Assembly: GCA_963664015.2 (NCBI GenBank)
Contig: CAXXLF010000001.1
Span: 768,001 to 832,000 of the forward strand
Length of the DNA stretch: 64,000 nt
Origin: Candidatus Binatia bacterium
GTDB taxonomy: Bacteria; Desulfobacterota; Binatia; UBA9968; CAXXLF01
Direction: 5' to 3'
How positions within the stretch are numbered: the stretch's first letter is position 1; every line of letters begins with the position of its first letter. The notes under the pieces are model-generated. The model worked only from the letters and a program-made list of their open reading frames with translations, searched no databases and was not told the origin of the DNA. Shown piece after piece: positions 10,153 to 20,612 of this stretch. A program made the position numbers and the translations under genes.

Positions 10153-11601
10153 ATGGGCTATAAGTCCCTCGGCGAATTTATCGATGCCGCGCGAGCAATC
10201 GGCGAAGTCAAGGTCATTCACGGCGCCGATCTCGATACTGAGGTCGGCTGTCTCACCGAGCTGGCAGCCGAGCAGAACGGACCATTACTACTGTTCGACC
10301 AGTTCAAAGGGTTTCCGACGGATTTTCGCATTGCCAGTAACGTTGTCCGCAACAGCCGGCGTCGCTATGCCCTGGCCGTCGGCTTACCAGTGGACGCCCA
10401 TCCGATTGAATTGGTGCGAAAACTCAGGGAACAGCGGCACACTCAGAAACCCTTCCCCCCCGTAGAAGTCAACGACGGCCCCGTGCTCGAGCATCGGCTC
10501 ACTGGCGAAGACGTCGATGTCGAGAAGTTTCCGGCTCCCAAGTGGCATTCGGGTGATGGTGGGCGATATATCGGGACCGGTGATATTGTTATAATGCGGG
10601 ACCCCGAGTCCGGCTGGATCAATTTCGGGACCTATCGGGTCTCCGTACAGGGAAAAGACCGACTCAGCATCTGGATCATCAAGCACAAGCGCGGTCGTAT
10701 CATTGCCGAAAAGTACTGGGCCAATGGGCAGCCCTGCCCGGTTGCAGTTGTCGTTGGTTGCGACCCGCTGACCTTTATGTCGGGCACGAGCCGATTGAAA
10801 TACGATCACGCGGGGGCCCTGCACGGTGCCTCGGTAGAAGTCGTCAAGGCACCGCTAACAGGACTGCCAATCCCAGCGCATGGGGAACTCGTATTCGAGG
10901 GGGAAATCCCCTCGCCCGAGGAGGAAAGTGTCCAAGAGGGTCCCTTTGGCGAATGGCCAGGCTACTATGCCCATAGCGATCGGGAATGCGTGGTTCGGGT
11001 GAAACAAATCGTGCACCGGAACTCTCCCATCGTCAACGGGAGCCCCCCTCTGCGGCCCCTGCTTGGATTTCGTGATGACGCGCCAACTCTGCCAATAGCC
11101 ATATGGGACCATCTCGATCGATCGGGCATTTCTGATGTGGTTGGAGTCTGGGGGCATGCTAACTCGCTCATGATTGTCGTGGCCTTGAAGCAGCGCTACG
11201 CCGGCCATGCCCAGCAAGCACTCATTGCCACCGCGGGGCTACGCAGTTCGGCCAGTATGAACACCTACTTTGTCACCGTTGATGAGGATATCGATCCTTC
11301 TGATTTGAGGGACGTTCTATGGGCCATGTGCACGCGGGTCAACCCGTCTACTGCCGTGGACGTTATCAATAACGCCTGGACCAGCGACCTCGATCCAAGG
11401 CTGACACCGGAGCAAAAATCCTCCGGAGACTACACCATGGGACGATTGCTGATCAATGCGTGCAAGCCCTTTGCATGGAAGGATTCTTTTCCCAAGACCA
11501 ATATCTTCACCGCCGAAGAACGAAAGCACGTCCGGGAGAGATGGACCGGGGTGCTCCAGGAGATCGAGGAGCAAGCCAGGAAGAACACCCAGACCCGCTA
11601 A
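10153..11601 (+). CDS. UbiD-family decarboxylase
   Basis: RBS AGGAG + ATG 10153; WHSGDGGRYIGTG, NFGTYR, EGPFGEWPGY, VDEDIDP. Confidence 0.92.
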   Translation: MGYKSLGEFIDAARAIGEVKVIHGADLDTEVGCLTELAAEQNGPLLLFDQFKGFPTDFRIASNVVRNSRRRYALAVGLPVDAHPIELVRKLREQRHTQKPFPPVEVNDGPVLEHRLTGEDVDVEKFPAPKWHSGDGGRYIGTGDIVIMRDPESGWINFGTYRVSVQGKDRLSIWIIKHKRGRIIAEKYWANGQPCPVAVVVGCDPLTFMSGTSRLKYDHAGALHGASVEVVKAPLTGLPIPAHGELVFEGEIPSPEEESVQEGPFGEWPGYYAHSDRECVVRVKQIVHRNSPIVNGSPPLRPLLGFRDDAPTLPIAIWDHLDRSGISDVVGVWGHANSLMIVVALKQRYAGHAQQALIATAGLRSSASMNTYFVTVDEDIDPSDLRDVLWAMCTRVNPSTAVDVINNAWTSDLDPRLTPEQKSSGDYTMGRLLINACKPFAWKDSFPKTNIFTAEERKHVRERWTGVLQEIEEQARKNTQTR

Positions 11602-11685
11602 TGGCCTAAGGGGTTTCGCCTGGGAACCTATCTAGTCGCGTTGTGCTCAATCAGGCCGGACTTTTATTTGGGTCCGAGTTCAGCT

Positions 11686-13131
11686 TTACTCCAGCTCCTT
11701 TTTCCATTTCTCGGTTATTCGATCGCGCAACTCAGGGCTCAACTTATTGACCGGGGGAAACTGGTCAATCCAGGCGTAAGGTCGGCAAGCGTTGATGATG
11801 GCCCGACTATTAACATAGTCGTTTGCCTCCCTTTTGGCCGGTGGCAAGGTAGGATCCAGCGGTGTACTCCAACAACCGTCCACAACCGTCATGGCCGTTT
11901 TCGGGTCGCAACGGGTCGAGATAGCCCAGATCACCTCTCCCAGATCCGTCGGATCGATATCCTCATCAACCACCACTATGAATCGGCCATGGTAGTTTCC
12001 GGCACGAGAGGCCAGGGCGGCCAACGCCGCCTGTTGGGCGTGTCCGTGATACCGCTGTTTGAGCGAGACTACGAAAAATGGAGCACCGCCACCCGGAGCC
12101 GAACCGCCACAGAAGGCCCACACACCTTGAATATCCGGCACGTCGGCCTTCTCCAGGTAGTTCCAGATAGCCGCCGCTCCGATGGGGACTCCAAACGTCA
12201 GACTAGGCGGTCTCAAGGGCGGCGCCCCTGCGATAATGGGATTGTTCCGAAAATAGAGCGCCTTGACTCGTATGATGGGCTCCGTCTTCGCCCCATGGGC
12301 ATAGTAGCCCGGCCATTCGCCAAAGGGACCCTCGACGCGACTCTCTTCACTAGGTGGAGGAACCTCGCCTTCAATGGCGATTTCCGCGTGTGCTGGAATC
12401 GGTAGACCTGTGACCTTTCCACGTACAACCTCGACGGGTTCCTGACGTAACCCCCCGGCATAATCAAACTCGGATACCCCGAAGGGAACCGATAGCCCTG
12501 CAGCAAGCCACATGGTCGGGTCCTGGCCGAAGGTCACCGCCACCGGGCAGGCCTTTCCCCTGGCCCAGTACTTTTCCCGAATGATACGAGCGTGATGTCC
12601 CGGAGAGATATAGGTTCCCAGGATTTGTTTGTCGTGGACCTGGACACGGTAAATCCCTACGTTGACGTAGTCGTTGTCCGGGTCACGTGTGATGACACAG
12701 CATCCCGTTCCGATATATCGACCGCCGTCCTGTTCATGCCAACGGGGCGTAGGAAAGGAGGTCATATCTATATCCCCACCGGTACGCTCGTTTTCCAACA
12801 AGGGGCCGTCCGAGACGAATTTCGGCGGGATGGGTTTCAGATCGGCAAGGATCTCACGCCATCGCCACACAATATCTCGCTTGGATGCGTTTGGGGACAT
12901 CCCGACCATCAAGGCTGCCCGGCGCGGGTGCAGAACCAAATTGGACGCCACCCGAAATTGGGCTGGATAGTCGGGTATCTGATCGAACAAAAGCAGCGGG
13001 GACGGTTCCCGATAGGCAAAGATCTCGGTCAAGGCACCGATCTCCAGGTCCCAGTGGGCACCATGGATTTCTTTGACTTCCCCTATCTCCTTCGCCGCAT
13101 CGATGAATTCTCGCAAATCTTTAAACGCCAT
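11686..13131 (-). CDS. UbiD-family decarboxylase (canonical motifs)
   Basis: MAFKDLREF, NVGIYR, PGHH, SEFDYAG, EGPFGEWPGY, VDEDIDP. Confidence 0.93.
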   Translation of the reverse strand: MAFKDLREFIDAAKEIGEVKEIHGAHWDLEIGALTEIFAYREPSPLLLFDQIPDYPAQFRVASNLVLHPRRAALMVGMSPNASKRDIVWRWREILADLKPIPPKFVSDGPLLENERTGGDIDMTSFPTPRWHEQDGGRYIGTGCCVITRDPDNDYVNVGIYRVQVHDKQILGTYISPGHHARIIREKYWARGKACPVAVTFGQDPTMWLAAGLSVPFGVSEFDYAGGLRQEPVEVVRGKVTGLPIPAHAEIAIEGEVPPPSEESRVEGPFGEWPGYYAHGAKTEPIIRVKALYFRNNPIIAGAPPLRPPSLTFGVPIGAAAIWNYLEKADVPDIQGVWAFCGGSAPGGGAPFFVVSLKQRYHGHAQQAALAALASRAGNYHGRFIVVVDEDIDPTDLGEVIWAISTRCDPKTAMTVVDGCWSTPLDPTLPPAKREANDYVNSRAIINACRPYAWIDQFPPVNKLSPELRDRITEKWKKELE

Positions 13132-13343
13132 TATTTCCTCCTTAACTTTTCCGTCTGAGGATTGCCCTTAGTCAGTTCTATCGTTCCCTTCGCATCCTTT
13201 GTATTCAATTGGATGGGTCCCTTCCGACCGTTCAGCACAGCTCGGTCCCACAGGCAGCTTGGTGCACCTAGCATCGCGCGCCGCGTTTCCCGATTTTCCT
13301 TGGCCTCCTCTCCCAGTTGCCTCCCCTCTAATCCCGGATAGGC

Positions 13344-13532
13344 CTATTGCCCGATCCAGTTCAAAACGAGGTCCTGGGGTACGGATATCATTCCCGCCGG
13401 CCACGGGATATGCAATATATAATGAAAGATCCCGAGAAGGAACAACACCATGATCGCCGTGTACACGAGGGATAAACCAACCGTCTCCCGAGCTTGGACG
13501 ATAAGATAAGAAAAGACAAAGAGTGGCACCGT
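13344..13532 (-). pseudogene. 3' remnant of a membrane protein (TctB-like, tripartite tricarboxylate transporter)
   Basis: Hydrophobic TVPLFVFSYL..LGIFHYILHIPWPAG resembles TctB C-termini; begins abruptly at the stop of the upstream gene with no 5' part. Confidence 0.5.
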
Positions 13533-13533
13533 G

Positions 13534-14517
13534 TCATTTAATCTTGGGCAACACCTCTTTGGCCATCATCTCCATTGAGTCCAGCGCCTTCTGTTGATCC
13601 ATAGTGGCAAAGTTCATCATAAAGATGATGTAGTTGGTCCCCGTGGCTTTGATCTCCTCAATCTGCTCAATGCAGTGTTGAGGATCCCCGACCATGAGTA
13701 TCTGATCCCGAAGCATCTCATCATAATTGCGGGGCCTGATGTGAAGTCGGTGCCGATAAAACGAATCCATAGGTTCCCTGGCATTTTTATGGGCCTCATC
13801 ATTGGATTGGGCAACATGCGCATGGAAGCACTGGACGACATCGAAGGCATTCGGATCACGCCCTGAGGCTTCAAGAGTGTCCCGATAAAATTGGACGTTG
13901 CCCCGGATATCCGCGATGTTCTTGCACGTGGCATAGGGGATACCGAGGATCGGGTATCCCCTTTCGCCGGCGAATTTATACGATGCCTGGCTGAGACAGG
14001 CAACAAAGATGGGAGGACCCGGCCGTTGGAGAGGGATGACGTTTACAAAGGTCTCCTCAATCTTTTTGTGATTCCCCTGGTAGGCGACCTTGCCCTCACG
14101 CCAGGCCATTTCTACCACATCCAGGCATTCGATGAAGAGATCCCGGTTGTCCCCCTTGACTCTAAAGCCGACGAATTCGTCTGGGGTTCCCCGTCCCACA
14201 CCGAAATCAAGGCGTCCCCCGCTTATCACATCGACCATAGCGTAATCTTCCGCGACAAAGAGGGGATTCCGATAAGGAAGAAGACTGACCGCAACCCCGA
14301 GCCTGATCTTTTCAGTACTCTTGGCTGCAACGGACATGAGAACTGGGGGCGACGGGATGATTCCGAAAAAATCGAAATGGTGCTCACCGAACCAAAAGCA
14401 CTCATACCCGAGTTGTTCGGCCCACTGCACCTGTTCGATCATCTCATCGTAATAGTCCTTCAGTGGTTTCTTAAGCTCTGGATCGCTGTCGCCGATCAAA
14501 AAGATTCCGAATTTCAT
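13534..14517 (-). CDS. LLM class (luciferase-like) flavin-dependent oxidoreductase
   Basis: MKFGIF, WFGEHHF, PLFVAEDYAMVDVISGGRLDFGVGRG. Confidence 0.92.
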   Translation of the reverse strand: MKFGIFLIGDSDPELKKPLKDYYDEMIEQVQWAEQLGYECFWFGEHHFDFFGIIPSPPVLMSVAAKSTEKIRLGVAVSLLPYRNPLFVAEDYAMVDVISGGRLDFGVGRGTPDEFVGFRVKGDNRDLFIECLDVVEMAWREGKVAYQGNHKKIEETFVNVIPLQRPGPPIFVACLSQASYKFAGERGYPILGIPYATCKNIADIRGNVQFYRDTLEASGRDPNAFDVVQCFHAHVAQSNDEAHKNAREPMDSFYRHRLHIRPRNYDEMLRDQILMVGDPQHCIEQIEEIKATGTNYIIFMMNFATMDQQKALDSMEMMAKEVLPKIK

Positions 14518-14569
14518 CTTCCCCCGGTTTATTCCACAATTTTTGGGCTCTCTGCATCTATAAACCGAC

Positions 14570-15358
14570 TTTCCCGGAGTGGCAACCATGTTCCGCCGTC
14601 TCCTAGGCTCCCCCGCGTTCCCTGCGACGGACCTATCGAGTCTTCGCCTTGGCGTTTTCGGGGCCGCCCCCTGCCCTTGGGACTTGGCACGGGAATGGAA
14701 AGAACGAACCAGGACCAGAATTTTACGGGGATACGGGATGACCGAGCTCTTTCGCCCGATTTCTCACCTTGCCTCTGAATCGATGGAGCTTCCGGAGGCT
14801 GTGGGTCGACCGGTACCAGGCGTCGAGATCCGCATTGTGGATGATACCGGGGGATCGGTTCCGGTTGGACAGATCGGTGAGCTCTTGATCAAGAGCCCTG
14901 CGACAATGGCCGAATACCTGAACAACCGGTCAGATACACAAGCTGTTCTAGTCGACGGCTGGTTTAGCACTGGCGACCTTGCTTTGCTTTTACAGGACGG
15001 ATTCGTTCAAATTGCGGGGCGAAAGGAAGAGAGGATCCTCCGCGGGGGCTATTCCATCTTTCCCCAGGAAGTGGAGGCCGTCCTGCTCTCACATCCGGCA
15101 ATCGCCGAGGCCGGCGTGGTTGGCATCCCCAGTCCGGACATAGGAGAGGAGGTCGCGGCGTTTATTACCCTTAAACAAGGGGTAAGGGCCACCGTCGAAG
15201 AAATTGAGGCCCACTGCAAGGAACACCTTGCCGGGTACAAGTATCCGCGGCAGATTACGATTCTGGAAAGCCTCCCTAAAGGAACCACGGGAAAGATTAT
15301 CAAATCACGCCTAAGGAACCAGCCCCTTTCTGGACCAACCCAAAAGTCGTCGCCTTAA
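14570..15358 (+). pseudogene. C-terminal half of an AMP-dependent acyl-CoA synthetase (5' truncated)
   Basis: GYGMTE, GWFSTGDL, GRKEERILRGG, LPKGTTGKI motifs present; the P-loop-containing N-terminal half is absent. Confidence 0.8.
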
Positions 15359-15487
15359 TCTTAGCTCTGTAAACGTTCGGGATGAGAGCATAGAGGTCCC
15401 GACCCTTGAGTTCGAGGTCATTTGACATCACATCCCCTAATCGATAGGCTTTCACGAAACTCAGCTCCGGAACGGAAGCAACTAGCA

Positions 15488-16777
15488 ATGGCTCAGACCT
15501 CCCGAGAATTTCAAATATTTGCCAAACCCGTTGGCGCCATATGCAATCTGGACTGCCACTATTGCTACTACTTGAAAAACGAAGATTTCTACCCAAAAGG
15601 GTCCTTTCGGATGCCCGACGATGTATTGGAGAAATACATCGTCCAGACCATCGAAGCCACACCGACTCCGATCATTCGCTTTTCCTGGCACGGCGGCGAG
15701 CCCACTCTCCTGGGTTTGGACTTCTTTCGTAAGACCGTCGAATTACAAAAAAAGCATCAGCCGTTCGACCGAAAGATTCTCAACGGGATCCAGACCAATG
15801 GGGTCACCCTCAACGACGAATGGTGCCGCTTTTTTAAAAACGAAGGCTTTCATGTTGGCATCAGCATCGACGGCCCCAAGGAATTGCACGATCTGTATCG
15901 GGTAACCAAAGGCCAAAAACCAACCCACAAATCGGTCATGCAAGGATACCGCCTTTTACGCCAGCACCATGTCCCGGTGGACCATCTCTGCGTGATCAAC
16001 GACCAAAATGTCCGCCACCCCACGGCGGTGTACCGATTCTTCAAAGAGATCGGCGCCGAATACCTTACGTTTTTACCCCTGGTGGAGCGAAGCAAGGAAA
16101 CCGAAAGCGGGGTGAGCACACGCACGGTGCCGGCTGAAGCCTTCGGCACATTTCTTTGCACGGTCTTCGACGAGTGGGTCCGAAAGGATGTCGGCCGGAT
16201 CATGGTACAGATCTTCGATGAAGCGGCACGGTCGGCCTACGGCCTTGAACACGCGCTCTGCATTTTTCGGGAAACCTGCGGTGACGTACCTGTCCTAGAA
16301 CATAACGGGGACCTTTTCTCCTGCGATCACTTCGTCGACCATCCCTACCATTTGGGGAATATTCAGGAGGCCTCCCTGACCACAATGATCGAGAGCGAGC
16401 AACAAAAAAAGTTCGGCGAAGACAAGCGAGACACGCTGCCTCGCTACTGCAGGGAGTGTGAGGTACGCGCTCAGTGTAACGGCGGCTGCCCTAAGGACCG
16501 TTTCATTCGAACTCCCGACGGTGAAGAAGGGCTCAACTACCTCTGTGCGGGCTTCAAAAAGTTTTTCAACTATAGCCTTCCATTTTTGGAGAAGATGGTT
16601 TCCTTGGATGTCGCCGGCGAACCCCTAGAGAAGCTCATGACCGCCGTACGAGCCGAAGATGCCGCCAAGGCATCAAACAGCCCCCGCCGTAATGATCCCT
16701 GCCCCTGCGGTAGTGGTCAAAAGTACAAAAAATGCTGCGCCAGTAAGCAGTCTCCGTACACCCCTACTACACTCTAA
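15488..16777 (+). CDS. Anaerobic sulfatase maturase-like radical SAM/SPASM protein with C-terminal SEC-C motif
   Basis: CNLDCHYC, WHGGEP, SCDHFV, GGCPKDR, NYLCAG, RNDPCPCGSGQKYKKCC. Confidence 0.92.
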   Translation: MAQTSREFQIFAKPVGAICNLDCHYCYYLKNEDFYPKGSFRMPDDVLEKYIVQTIEATPTPIIRFSWHGGEPTLLGLDFFRKTVELQKKHQPFDRKILNGIQTNGVTLNDEWCRFFKNEGFHVGISIDGPKELHDLYRVTKGQKPTHKSVMQGYRLLRQHHVPVDHLCVINDQNVRHPTAVYRFFKEIGAEYLTFLPLVERSKETESGVSTRTVPAEAFGTFLCTVFDEWVRKDVGRIMVQIFDEAARSAYGLEHALCIFRETCGDVPVLEHNGDLFSCDHFVDHPYHLGNIQEASLTTMIESEQQKKFGEDKRDTLPRYCRECEVRAQCNGGCPKDRFIRTPDGEEGLNYLCAGFKKFFNYSLPFLEKMVSLDVAGEPLEKLMTAVRAEDAAKASNSPRRNDPCPCGSGQKYKKCCASKQSPYTPTTL

Positions 16778-16988
16778 ATAATATCGATATATCCATATAG
16801 CCCAGATCGGGTTGTCGCCGAGACAGCAACCGTCTGTAACGGGTGGTACATTTGGGGGATTTGATTGGTCAAATTGGACGTCCATTAGGGATAAAACCCC
16901 TCAAAGACAAGAGGCTTACTATCTGGCACTCCTTTTGCGTGAAGAAGCCTTAAGCAACCTGGAGACGGGACAGCCTGAGCACAGGGCA

Positions 16989-17395
16989 AAAAAATCCTTA
17001 TTGTCGAAGATAGTGTCGACATCATGGAGTTCGTAAAGGAACTCCTGCAATCACTTTCATACGAGACGGTGATTGCTACCGATGGCAAACAGGCCGTGGA
17101 CAGGGCTTCCGCGCACTTACCGGATCTGATCCTGATGGACGTCGTCCTACCCTAAATGAACGGACTCGATGCGGCCCGGCGGATCCGTCAAAACCAACAG
17201 TGCCAGTCGATCCCGATTATCGCGATGACCGCTCCGGTGCTTCCCGAGGCAAGGGAACAGTGCCTCCAGAGCGGCTGCAATGACTACATTTCCAAGCCGT
17301 TTTCACCCAAGCAACTTCTCTCCCGAATTCAAAAGCTGCTGCCAAAACATGAAGCCGCCAAAAGGAAAACTTCAAACCCTATTACCCAGCCCTGA
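16989..17395 (+). pseudogene. Single-domain response regulator with premature stop
   Basis: KKILIVEDS..PDLILMDVVLP*MNGLDAARRIR..IPIIAMTA..DYISKPF; TAA at 17153-17155. Confidence 0.8.
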
Positions 17396-17598
17396 CTACC
17401 GGCCATAGGTGTTTTCCTCCTCCCCCCGGCTTTTTAATTTTCAAACCCCAATTCCATACCAGCTCATTGCCACCGCTCTTCCATAGTTCGGGGCGCACAA
17501 CCTTCATATTAGGCAATGGGGTTGCTCCTCTATGCGCATTGCAATCGAGATCTCCCGGTTTCAGTTTATTCGTTAGCGATGGGCCCTGAGGAGGTATC

Positions 17599-19016
17599 AT
17601 GAACCGGGAAGTAGAAGTTGCCATTTTTGGAGCGGGGATCGCCGGCATTTCGGCCGTTCGTGAGGTCCGAAGGATCACTCAGGACTACGTGATCATTAAC
17701 GGCGGGCACTACGGCACCACCTGTGCGCGGGTGGGATGTATGCCTTCAATGGTTTTGATTCAGGTAGCTAACGATTTCCATCGTCGTCATATTTTTTCGA
17801 CTCTGGGAATCCACGGTGGGGAGAATCTTGCAGCCGATATTCCCGCAGTCCTGCGCCACTCCCGCCCCTCAGGGATCGCTTCGTCGGCAGTGTGATGAAA
17901 GACATGGAAGAGTTGGGATATCATAACATTCAAGGATACGCCGAGTTTGTCGAGCCCAATGTGCTAGAAGTGGACACTATGATCCTGTAGGCAGACAGAA
18001 TTGTCCTGGCGACCGGATCACGGCCCTTCATTCCCCCACCGTGGCAACCTTTTGCTTCACGTTTGATAACCAGCGACGATTTTTTCGAACGCGACGATCT
18101 ACCGCCGACTCTGGCCATGGTCGGTCTCGGAATCATAGGATTGGAACTGGATCAGGCGTTGCACCGTTTACGCATCAAGACAACCTGCGTGGGCCGAAAC
18201 AAATTCATCGGTGGCCTGACTGATCCGAATGTAAATAAATATGCGATCGCTGCGATGAGCCGGGAAATGGACTTTTACCCAGGCCAGGAGTCCGAGATAG
18301 AACCCAATGAAGACAAGTTTAGCGTCACTTTTGGAGACCGGAGTGTTGTCGTGGACGGTATCCTGGCAGCCCTGGGGCGAAGGCCTACCCTAGAGGGCCT
18401 TGGGATGGAAAAGCTCGGAGTCAAACTCGACGCCCATGGACTCCCTCCGTTCAATACCCAGACCATGCAAATAGGAAACTTCCCCATATTTCTGGCGGGT
18501 GACATGAAAGGAGAACGACCAACCTTGCATGAGGCTGCAGACGAGGGTCGTATCGCCGGATATAATAGTGTCCGCCAGGTTCCCTCTACGTTCAGCCGCC
18601 GGGCCCGTCTGAACATCACCTTCTCTCATCCGAACATAGCGGTAGTTAGCCGCTCCTATGCCAGCCTTAAAGACACGACTTACTCCATTGGCGAGGTAAA
18701 ATTCGATGGCCAGGGACGATCACTCGTAATGGCGGAGAACTCGGGCACCTTGAGGGTCTATGGGGACACTCAATCGGGTAAATTACTGGGCGCAGAGATG
18801 ATGGCCCCAGCCGGGGAACACCTCGCCCATCTCTTCTCTTGGGTCATCCAAAGAGACTTGACTGTTTTTGAGGTCGTGCAATTGCCCTATTATCACCCGG
18901 TGGTTGAGGAGGGCCTGCGTACTGCCTTACGAGACCTGGCAAGGAAGGTAGAATCGACCCGTCCCCAATTTGAGTTGGCCCTTTGCGGAGAGAGTGGAAT
19001 CGAATGTTTGAGCTGA
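17599..19016 (+). pseudogene. Dihydrolipoamide dehydrogenase-like pyridine nucleotide-disulfide oxidoreductase, disrupted
   Basis: GAGIAG and GTTCARVGCMPS in ORF 17599; frameshift near 17860; in-frame TAG at 17988-17990; C-terminal YHPVVEEG in ORF 18063. Confidence 0.85.
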
Positions 19017-19038
19017 GTTCGGAATTGGAAACCGACGC

Positions 19039-20397
19039 TCACAGGATCTTTGTCTTCCAACGACCTCGATAAAACCAATAGGCCATGGTACTTCCCCACG
19101 CCGTAAATCCGCATGAGATGGCCAGCCACAGGCCATTCTCCCGTAGGCCAAATAAATGAGGAAGAACAAGCGCTGCAACGATCTGTACGCCGGCCAAGGA
19201 AATGGCTGTGATCACCATAGGTGGAACCGTGTCACCGGAACCGCCAAGAGCCGAAGCGAGGACCATCGCCAAGGCCAAAAAGAAGTAAAAAGGGGATGTG
19301 AGCTGGAAGAACCTCGTTCCCTGACGGATTACCTCTGGATCACGATTGAAAAAACCCACGACATTTTCCCCAAAGAGTAAAAACACAACGGTGAACATCA
19401 ACAATATCCCGCCGTACAGCAAAACCGCTGCCCATGCGCTTTTTTCGGCTCGCTCGGGCTTACCAGCCCCCAGGTTCTGACCCACCAACGTTGAAGCGAC
19501 GCTGGACATACCCCAACCCGGGGAAAGGACCAAAATGAGAATACGCATAACGATTCCGTAGGCCGCCAGCGTGTGGGTACCGAATCCAGCAACGATCTTG
19601 ATCATCGCGATGGCTGTTAATGCGCGAAACGAACGCTGGCAGGAACGTGGGATTCCGATCCTGAGAATCTTCCATAGCATAGCCCGGTCCACGCTCATTG
19701 AGCGAAGCGATATCTGGACACCCCTGCATCCGCGAAATAGAACGGAAAGGAGATACCCGGTGGCGACCACATAGCATAAGACCAGACTGACCGCAGCTCC
19801 ATTCACACCGAGGGAAGGCACAGGACCCCATCCGAACACAAGGATGGGTTCAAATGTGAGGGTAAGGATGGTCACTAGCAACATCGCCCGGGCAGGAATC
19901 CTAGCCTCTCCCGCACCTTGAAGGATCGCTGTGATGGCATGGGCCAGTAAATACAAAGAAGCGCTTAGGATGATGATGCGGAAGTACCCAGTAGCCAATG
20001 GGACAACGGCGGGCTCGGCCCCGAGCCATATCGTAATGGGTCTTGCCAAGAGCCCCCCCACCAAGACAATTGGGAGGGAGACCAGTAGCGTAAGTAAGAT
20101 CCCCTGTTGGGCCACGTGAGTCGCCTCCGTATAATCTTTTGCCCCAACAGCGCGAGAGATCAGTGCGCGGAAGCCCATGCTCGTCCCCGAGATAAATGTC
20201 CAGAGAACATCGAGAACAACCCCCCCGATTGAGACCGCGGCAACGGCTTCTGGACCTAACTGACCTACAAAATAGATGTCCGCGACACTAGAAAAGTTCT
20301 GCAGGAGACTGCCGATCACCATCGGGACAGCAAGAAACCAAACCGCTCGGAAAATCGGTCCTTCAGTCAGATCGCGAGTTTCTTCCTTCACGTTCAT
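19039..20397 (-). CDS. MATE family efflux transporter
   Basis: DLTEGPI, VGQLGPEAVAA, VGQNLGAGKPERA, multiple TM segments. Confidence 0.92.
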   Translation of the reverse strand: MNVKEETRDLTEGPIFRAVWFLAVPMVIGSLLQNFSSVADIYFVGQLGPEAVAAVSIGGVVLDVLWTFISGTSMGFRALISRAVGAKDYTEATHVAQQGILLTLLVSLPIVLVGGLLARPITIWLGAEPAVVPLATGYFRIIILSASLYLLAHAITAILQGAGEARIPARAMLLVTILTLTFEPILVFGWGPVPSLGVNGAAVSLVLCYVVATGYLLSVLFRGCRGVQISLRSMSVDRAMLWKILRIGIPRSCQRSFRALTAIAMIKIVAGFGTHTLAAYGIVMRILILVLSPGWGMSSVASTLVGQNLGAGKPERAEKSAWAAVLLYGGILLMFTVVFLLFGENVVGFFNRDPEVIRQGTRFFQLTSPFYFFLALAMVLASALGGSGDTVPPMVITAISLAGVQIVAALVLPHLFGLRENGLWLAISCGFTAWGSTMAYWFYRGRWKTKIL

Positions 20398-20612
20398 ATT
20401 GAGTTTTCCATTGATCTCATGATGCAGGGGTTCGGGGAGGGACGTAAGCACCAAAGGACGGATACCACCACTATCCGTATTGTCCTATGGCCCTGGAGGA
20501 ACTGCTCTTACCGGAGTGGGATTGAGTGAACGGCTACGCCCATACTCGCCGTGGAGAATTACCCCGAGCCCTATCCTTCACCCTATGGCAAGGATGGGTC
20601 TCAATTGGGCGC

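Noticed and set aside
13891-14778. Long antisense ORFs (also 11641-12405, 22632-23228, 23934-24572, 39807-40463, 54139-54852)
   Set aside because: They shadow well-supported genes on the opposite strand, lack recognisable motifs and are expected in GC-rich DNA
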